This document shows, piece after piece, positions 26,563-32,000 of a DNA stretch of 32,000 bases (position 1 is its first letter; each line of letters begins with the position of its first letter). Location of the stretch: the NCBI RefSeq assembly GCF_014280195.1, contig NZ_CP047960.1, positions 1,590,001 through 1,622,000 of the forward strand. The letters run 5' to 3'. The notes under the pieces are model-generated. The model saw only the letters and a program-made list of their open reading frames with translations, searched no databases and had not been told where the DNA came from. This DNA is from Synechococcus sp. A15-24. Its GTDB lineage: Bacteria > Cyanobacteriota > Cyanobacteriia > PCC-6307 > Cyanobiaceae. The position numbers were made by a program, and so were the translations under genes.

Positions 26563-27188
26563 CAGTGCTGAACGGAGACCGCTGGAGTCTCCTCAGGATG
26601 CCCGATGGCATCAGGTCCTGCCCATCGGAATGGTTTCAACAGCAATCCCCGCGGGGCGTAAAGAGGGTGGCGCGGCTGGCAGGAGCGGGTGAGCGCGATG
26701 GCCTGAGGCCCCGGCGCGAGCGGAAACCGCTCAGCCCGTTGCTGCACAACAGGCTTCAACAGGTCCATCACCTCTTGCGCACGATCAAACCGGCCACCGC
26801 TATTACCCCAGCCACACCAGAGCGCCCAAGCCTCCTGGTGCGCCCATAACTGGCACCACTGCAACAACGCACTGTCGCTGTCCAGCCCGACGGGATCGCG
26901 GCAGCGCCACAACACGGAGGGGGATGGAGAGATGCGGGCAAACAGATTGACCACCACCAGGGCGTCATAGCCCCAGTCCCCTGCGAAGCCGATCAGACGG
27001 CGCAAGGTGGGATCGTCCCGCTCTGCATCAGCCCGAGACGGATTCAACCCCAGAAAGATCAAAACCCTGCCGCCCGGCCGCCAACGTCGCGTTAGCCACC
27101 AGCGGAAGCAGCCGTCGGCACTGATGCTGGCGTCAGACCCCCAGATGGGCCCGGCTGAGCTCAAGGATGCGCTGACTAGCCTTGCCAT
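26562..27188 (-). CDS. DUF1643-family protein
   Basis: RVLIFLGLNPSRADAERDDPTLRRLIGFAGDWGYDALVVVNLFA matches the DUF1643 core as I recall it. ATG 27188 is chosen. The ORF-track start 27308 and a TTG near 27161 are alternatives. It overlaps the wecB 3' end. Confidence 0.7.
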   Translation of the reverse strand: MARLVSASLSSAGPIWGSDASISADGCFRWWLTRRWRPGGRVLIFLGLNPSRADAERDDPTLRRLIGFAGDWGYDALVVVNLFARISPSPSVLWRCRDPVGLDSDSALLQWCQLWAHQEAWALWCGWGNSGGRFDRAQEVMDLLKPVVQQRAERFPLAPGPQAIALTRSCQPRHPLYAPRGLLLKPFRWAGPDAIGHPEETPAVSVQH

Positions 27189-28248
27189 CACCAAAGGGGT
27201 TAACAGCCCTGGACATCGCCTCGTAGGCCGCAGCGTCGCTGAGCAACCGTGAAGCTTCCTCCAGAATGGCCCCAGGCTGAGTGCCAACGAGTCGCGCCGT
27301 GCCTGCATCCACCGCCTCTGGCCGTTCAGTCGTGCGGCGAAGCACCAGCACGGGCTTCCCTAGAGCCGGAGCTTCCTCTTGCAAGCCGCCAGAGTCGGTC
27401 AACAGAAGGGTGCAACCCTTCATGGCCGCCACCAATCGGTCGTAGTCGAGCGGTTCAGTCAGCACAACCCGTGGGTGATCCCCCAGCAGGGCCTGCAGCG
27501 GTTCGCGCACGGTGGGATTGCGATGCAGTGGCAACAGCAGCGCCGTATCGGGGTGGCGATCCAGCACCTGCAGCATCCCTGAGGCGATGTCCTTCAGCCG
27601 CTCCCCCCAGTTCTCACGGCGGTGAACTGTGGCCAGGATCACCCGCTGGTTGTCCCAGTCGAGACCATCGAAGCTGATCTGCGGTGCCGTTTCCGCCATC
27701 AACAGCAAGGCATCAATCACGGTGTTGCCGGTGACGCTCACCTCACCCACGACCCCTGACGCCCTGAGATTGGCCTCCGCTTTCTGCGTCGGTGCGAAGT
27801 GCAGGGTCGCGATCTGTGAAAGAAGCCGTCGATTGGCTTCTTCCGGGAACGGATCCAGCAGGTTGTCCGTGCGCAGGCCGGCTTCGACATGGCCCACGGG
27901 GATCTGCTCATAGAACGCCGCAAGGCCAGCTGCGAAGGCAGTGGTGGTGTCGCCTTGCACGAGCACCAGCTGAGGTGGGTAAGCCTGAAAATCCTCCCGC
28001 AGACCCTCCAGGGCTGCACAGGTGACGTGCGTCAGAGTCTGGCGCGGTGCCATCAGATTCAGATCCCTGTCCGCTGTGAGCTGGAACAGGTCCATCACCT
28101 GGGACACCATCTCCCTGTGCTGACCAGTCAGCACCACCCGGGTGCGCACTGCTGAGGAGTTCTGAAAAACCCTGATCACCGGAGCAAGCTTGATGGCCTC
28201 CGGTCGGGTGCCCAGGACGATCGTGACCCGGGGCTGCTCCGTCATCAC
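27133..28248 (-). CDS. wecB: UDP-N-acetylglucosamine 2-epimerase (non-hydrolysing)
   Basis: VTIVLGTRPEAIKLAPVI..., HVEAGLRT, LTDSGGLQEEAP and NPFGDGKAS are canonical WecB/MnaA motifs. Confidence 0.9.
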   Translation of the reverse strand: MMTEQPRVTIVLGTRPEAIKLAPVIRVFQNSSAVRTRVVLTGQHREMVSQVMDLFQLTADRDLNLMAPRQTLTHVTCAALEGLREDFQAYPPQLVLVQGDTTTAFAAGLAAFYEQIPVGHVEAGLRTDNLLDPFPEEANRRLLSQIATLHFAPTQKAEANLRASGVVGEVSVTGNTVIDALLLMAETAPQISFDGLDWDNQRVILATVHRRENWGERLKDIASGMLQVLDRHPDTALLLPLHRNPTVREPLQALLGDHPRVVLTEPLDYDRLVAAMKGCTLLLTDSGGLQEEAPALGKPVLVLRRTTERPEAVDAGTARLVGTQPGAILEEASRLLSDAAAYEAMSRAVNPFGDGKASQRILELSRAHLGV

Positions 28249-28360
28249 CGTTAGTGCAGTGACCGGATCTTACGGCTCATATTCAAGAAGGACTTGCCAG
28301 CGGAGCCATCGGGACGATCCTGAAAGCACTCCCTTGAATCGCCGTGGCCCAGCCGGTCTT

Positions 28361-28369
28361 CCCCCCCCC
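28361..28369. repeat. C9 homopolymer tract between divergent wecB and the pilT-like gene
   Basis: Read directly: ggtctt ccccccccc agc. It is the longest G/C homopolymer I noticed in the window. Confidence 0.9.
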
Positions 28370-28445
28370 AGCTTCCCGCCGCGACCAAGAGCGTCATCGC
28401 AGCCAGCCGTAGCACCGCCCGCTGGACCGCCAACGTCAACACCCC

Positions 28446-29508
28446 ATGGCGCACCCAACCTGGAGGCCATCGTCAAGATCGCCCACGAGGAAGGACACTC
28501 CGACGTTCATCTCGGCGTTGGCGAAGTGCCGCGGTACCGGGCCCGCGGTGAGATGCAGAGCACCGAATGGCCCGCCACCGACCTTTCCACCTTTAGGGGT
28601 GGCTGCACGAGATCCTGTCCCCGCAGCAGATCGATTCCTTCTTCCGCGAAAAGGAGTTCGACGGCTCCCATGCGTTCCCCTTCGTGCGCATCCGGATCAA
28701 CCTGCTCGATTCCTTGCGGGGCCCGGCGATGGTGCTACGGCTGATCCCTCAGACCATCCTCACGATGGAACAGCTCAAGCTGCCTGAGGTGCTCACCGAA
28801 CTGGCCGGTCGCCCCAAGGGTCTGATCCTGGTGACAGGCCCCACCGGTTCCGGCAAAAGCACCACCCTCGCCGCGATGATCGACTGGATCAATCGCAATG
28901 AAACCCGCCACATCCTCACGATTGAGGACCCGGTGGAATTCGTGCACGACAGCAAACGATCCCTGATCCGGCACCAGGAGGTGGGGATGCACACCCTCAA
29001 ATTTCACAACGCCCTACGTGCCGCCCTGAGGGAAGACCCCGATGTGATTCTCGTCGGGGAGATTCGCGACCAGGAAACCCTCTCCACCGCCCTGGAAGCC
29101 GCCCAGACGGGTCACTTGGTGTTCGGCACCCTTCACACCAATTCAGCGGTGAAAACCGTCGAGCGGGTTCTGGGGATGTTTCCACCCGAAGAGCAAGACA
29201 GCGTGCGGCGTTCCCTCTCGGAATCGCTACAAGGGGTCATCGCCCAGGGACTGATCCGCACCACCGACGGAAAACGGGCAGCCTTCCACGACATCCTCAT
29301 CAACACGGATGCCTGCAGGGACTACATCCAACGCGGAGCCCTGGATCAGGTGGAAGAAATTTTGGAGCGCAGCAGTTTTGATGGAATGGTGACCACCAAC
29401 CAATCCCTGCAAGCGCTCGTCGAAGCTGGGCGTGTGGAGCCCGACAAGGCTGTGGCCGTCAGTCTCAAACCCAATGAGCTGGCCCAGGTCCTGCGGGGAA
29501 GGAGTTGA
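28446..29508 (+). pseudogene. pilT: PilT-like type IV pilus retraction ATPase, reading frame interrupted twice (pseudogene, sequencing error or recoding)
   Basis: Homology runs across three frames. ATG 28446 (MAH...) is in frame 0. NLEAIVKIAHEEGHSDVHLGVGEVPRYRARGEM...DLSTF is in a second frame from about 28457. WLHEILSPQQIDSFFREKEFD...LILVTGPTGSGKSTTLAAMIDWIN...PDVILVGEIRD...GHLVFGTLHTNSA is in a third frame from 28600, to the stop at 29508. Walker A, Walker B and the His box are intact. Confidence 0.75.
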
Positions 29509-29688
29509 TCAGTTCCCGGCAAACACTCGGACGAGCAGCACAACCGCCAAACCGGCTGACAAGCCGATCATGGCCAGTCGTCCGTTCCAGATTTCAGCCT
29601 GCGGTGTGAATCCACGCTTCCAGGCATTCAGTTCGTCCGACCCGACGGGCTCAGCGACGCCACTGGTCTTTTCGAGTTGCTCAGCCAT
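29509..29688 (-). CDS. hli: High-light-inducible protein (HLIP, one-helix CAB family)
   Basis: MAEQLEKTSG...NAWKRGFTPQAEIWNGRLAMIGLSAGLAVVLL is the canonical E-x-x-N-G-R-x-A-M chlorophyll-binding helix. The longer ORF start (29847) would overlap tsaD. Confidence 0.8.
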   Translation of the reverse strand: MAEQLEKTSGVAEPVGSDELNAWKRGFTPQAEIWNGRLAMIGLSAGLAVVLLVRVFAGN

Positions 29689-29725
29689 GCCCTCAGTGCC
29701 GTGCGCCAACACCCTACGAGTGTTT

Positions 29726-30790
29726 TCAAAAGGCTGGCTGCTCGTTGTAAAGCTGGTCCGCATGATCCAGGGGGCAGCGCGCCGACACCCCGGTCCTCCA
29801 GGAGCAGCCCCGGACGCCAGCGTCCCAACGCAACAGGGCAGCCGCACCGATCATGGCGGCGTTATCGGTGCAATACGACAGCGGTGCCACCGAGACCCGC
29901 ACCCCCACGGCGTTGGAGCGCTGCTCCAGGGTTTGTCGCAACCGGCGGTTGGCCGCCACACCACCCACCATCACCAGCTCTTCAAGGCCATGGTCCATGG
30001 CACACCGCAAACTGCGCTCCACCAGAACGTCCACCACCACCTGCTCAAAACTGGCGGCAAGATCAGCCGTCGGCAGCGGACCTGACTGAGCCTCCACGGT
30101 GCGCAGCATGGCCGTTTTCAGCCCGCTGAACGAAAAGTCATAGGGATGGAAGCCTCCCTCTGGCAGGGAGATACGCCCCTTCGGCAACTTGAACCGACGA
30201 CCATCACCGCCCTCAGCCGCTGCCTGAATGGCCGGCCCGCCCGGGTAGCCAAGGCCAAGCAAACGCGCCACTTTGTCGAAGGCCTCCCCTGCAGCATCGT
30301 CATGGCTGCGGCCAAGCCGCTGCATCACCCCATCCGCTTCGACGCGGATCAGTTCGGTGTGCCCACCGCTCACTAGCAGCACCAGATAGGGCAGTTGAGG
30401 GCGACGCTCCGCCAGGTGCACCGATGCCAGATGTCCTTCGAGATGGTGCACCGCCAGGAAGGGGCGGTCATGCAGCGCTGACAAGGTGCGTCCGGTCACA
30501 GAGGCCACCATCAGCGCGCCGGCCAACCCTGGCGTCACCGTGGCGGCAATCGCATCAACCTCGTCGAGGGTGGAACCCGACTCCTCCAACACCTGCTGGA
30601 TCAGCCCCGGCAACGCTTCCACGTGACGACGCGACGCGATCTCCGGCACAACACCGCCCCAGCGGGCATGCTCTTCCACTTGCGAGGCAATGCGTGCCGA
30701 TCGAACCTCGAATTTTCCATCGGCATGTCGGCAGACCAAGGCCGCTGCCGACTCGTCACAACTTGTTTCGAGGGCTAAGACTGATGTCAT
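29726..30790 (-). CDS. tsaD: tRNA N6-adenosine threonylcarbamoyltransferase
   Basis: [16 protein letters not shown]..., [16 protein letters not shown] and GGVAAN are canonical Kae1/TsaD motifs. Confidence 0.9.
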   Translation of the reverse strand: MTSVLALETSCDESAAALVCRHADGKFEVRSARIASQVEEHARWGGVVPEIASRRHVEALPGLIQQVLEESGSTLDEVDAIAATVTPGLAGALMVASVTGRTLSALHDRPFLAVHHLEGHLASVHLAERRPQLPYLVLLVSGGHTELIRVEADGVMQRLGRSHDDAAGEAFDKVARLLGLGYPGGPAIQAAAEGGDGRRFKLPKGRISLPEGGFHPYDFSFSGLKTAMLRTVEAQSGPLPTADLAASFEQVVVDVLVERSLRCAMDHGLEELVMVGGVAANRRLRQTLEQRSNAVGVRVSVAPLSYCTDNAAMIGAAALLRWDAGVRGCSWRTGVSARCPLDHADQLYNEQPAF

Positions 30791-30869
30791 CGGGGTGGGG
30801 GCCCTCCCCTACTGTCCGCAAGTGACATCCTGCCCTTCAAACGGCAGTTTACAAACAGGAATCGTTCCG

Positions 30870-31346
30870 ATGCGTCGTCTCTTCGCCGCCCTGCTCTCGG
30901 CCCTCCTGGTGTTCGGCTTCGCTCCCGTCGCCAAGGCTGATGTGGCCGGCCTGACCCCCTGCTCCGAAAGCGCCCGCTTCCAGCAGCGCGCCGCTGCTGC
31001 CACAACGCCCCAGGCCAAGGCTCGTTTCGAGATGTACAGCCAAGCTTCCTGCGGCGATGACGGCCTGCCCCACCTGATCGTTGATGGCCGCTGGAGCCAT
31101 GCCGGTGATTTCGTTTACCCCGGAATCATGTTCCTCTACGTGGCCGGTTGCATCGGCTGGGCCGGCCGTGAGTACCTCAAGGCAACCCGGGGCAAGAACG
31201 CCGCGATGAATGAAATTCAGATCGACCTGGGCATTGCTTTCAAGAGCCTTCTTGCTGCAGCGACCTGGCCCCTGGCTGCCTTCGGTGAGTTCACCAGCGG
31301 AAAGCTGCTGGAGGACGACAACAAAGTGACCGTCTCCCCACGCTGA
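30870..31346 (+). CDS. psaF: Photosystem I reaction centre subunit III
   Basis: MRRLFAALLSALLVFGFAPVAKADVAGLTPCSES.RFQQR... and the C-terminal TM region GWAGREYL. ATG 30870 sits inside the longer ORF-track frame. Confidence 0.9.
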   Translation: MRRLFAALLSALLVFGFAPVAKADVAGLTPCSESARFQQRAAAATTPQAKARFEMYSQASCGDDGLPHLIVDGRWSHAGDFVYPGIMFLYVAGCIGWAGREYLKATRGKNAAMNEIQIDLGIAFKSLLAAATWPLAAFGEFTSGKLLEDDNKVTVSPR

Positions 31347-31378
31347 TCTCCAACAACATTCCACCCAACTAACGACCC

Positions 31379-31495
31379 ATGCAGAAATTCCTCACCACCG
31401 CTCCAGTGGTCGCTGCCATCTGGTTCACCCTGACCGCCGGGATCCTGATCGAGTGGAACCGTTTCTTCCCCGACCTGCTCTTCCACCCCATGTGA
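31379..31495 (+). CDS. psaJ: Photosystem I reaction centre subunit IX
   Basis: Too short for the ORF track. Manual translation gives [38 protein letters not shown] (38 aa), 32 nt downstream of psaF. This is the classic psaF-psaJ arrangement. Confidence 0.85.
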   Translation: MQKFLTTAPVVAAIWFTLTAGILIEWNRFFPDLLFHPM

Positions 31496-31515
31496 TTGGG
31501 GTCTTCTCCAACATC

Positions 31516-31548
31516 AAAAAAAGGGGGGCCTCATGCCCCCTTTTTTTT
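31516..31548. terminator. Bidirectional rho-independent terminator between psaJ (+) and gmk (-)
   Basis: aaaaaaa-gggggGC-ctcat-GCcccc-tttttttt. A G/C stem is flanked by an A7 tract on one side and a T8 tract on the other, so it presents a U-tail on either strand. Confidence 0.7.
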
Positions 31549-31554
31549 GTGCCA

Positions 31555-32000
31555 TCAACCCAGCCCCATCAACCCTTCCAGCTTCAGCAACGCCTGGTCA
31601 AGATCGTCGTTGACCACCACAGCATCGAATTCACCCTGAGCGCTTAGCTCCTCGCGAGCCCGCAGCAGACGCCGCTGGATCGCTTCCTCTGAATCGGTGC
31701 CACGGCCGCGGATGCGACGCTCGAGTTCCTCAAAGCTGGGGGGTGACAAAAAGATCTGCCGGGCCTTGGAGAAGCTGCGTCGCACCTGTCTCGCTCCCTC
31801 CAGTTCGATCTCCAGCAGCACAGGCCGCCCGGCCTGCAACTGCTGCTCCACAGGGTCCCGGGGAGTTCCGTAGCAGTTTCCGGCAAATTCAGCCCACTCC
31901 AGCAATCCACCCTCTTGAACAAGGGCATCGAATCGCTCCCGGCTGTGGAAGAAGTAACTCTCCCCCTCACGCTCTCCCTCCCGAGGCGCACGGGTGGTGG
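31555..32000 (-). CDS. gmk: Guanylate kinase, partial (N-terminus beyond the right window edge)
   Basis: The frame is open to position 32000. It reads [46 protein letters not shown]...[12 protein letters not shown]...[28 protein letters not shown]. Confidence 0.85.
   Translation of the reverse strand, partial: TTRAPREGEREGESYFFHSRERFDALVQEGGLLEWAEFAGNCYGTPRDPVEQQLQAGRPVLLEIELEGARQVRRSFSKARQIFLSPPSFEELERRIRGRGTDSEEAIQRRLLRAREELSAQGEFDAVVVNDDLDQALLKLEGLMGLG

Noticed and set aside
28590-28600. Programmed -1 ribosomal frameshift in the pilT-like gene
   Set aside because: The sequence c ttt agg ggt is not a canonical X XXY YYZ slippery heptamer, and I see no convincing downstream pseudoknot or hairpin. 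A 1-nt indel or homopolymer miscall is more parsimonious, especially as a second disruption of the same sign lies 140 nt upstream.
1-32000. CRISPR arrays, tandem repeats, IS elements, rRNA
   Set aside because: A visual scan found no regularly spaced repeats, no transposase or integrase-like ORFs and no rRNA-like sequence. Absence is based on reading only, not on a repeat-finding program.

Overview
The window looks like a GC-rich picocyanobacterial chromosome of marine Synechococcus type. This is inferred from psaF-psaJ, an hli gene, hemL, glcD, pstS, rplS-trnW and the strong G/C third-position bias. Most of it is densely packed housekeeping genes, many joined by ATGA or TGATG start/stop overlaps. 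I support about 43 CDS. Two are not usable from the ORF track: a larC-like gene running off the left edge and the 38-codon psaJ. I also support 2 tRNAs (Trp-CCA, Asp-GTC), 2 intrinsic terminators and one disrupted gene (pilT-like). The main anomaly is a visibly AT-rich insertion at about 8755-14700, with the strongest shift from about 10030. By eye it is roughly 40% GC against roughly 60% in the flanks; this was not computed. It carries an AEC-family transporter and a tightly coupled three-gene module. The module encodes an orphan lipoprotein solute-binding protein, a 2-TM periplasmic-loop protein with no output domain, and a 2-TM/HAMP class III adenylate cyclase. I read this as a horizontally acquired, binding-protein-dependent cAMP signalling module, and it is the best candidate for an undescribed system here. 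Secondary items are: a translationally coupled PRTase plus nucleoside 2-deoxyribosyltransferase pair at the island's right edge; a second small low-GC islet with two tiny ORFs behind pstS; a pilT-like ATPase broken by two apparent 1-nt frame disruptions at short homopolymers, with a C9 tract upstream; and several unusual overlap geometries. No CRISPR array, transposase, integrase or rRNA was seen. All homology statements come from motif recognition by eye, not from database searches.
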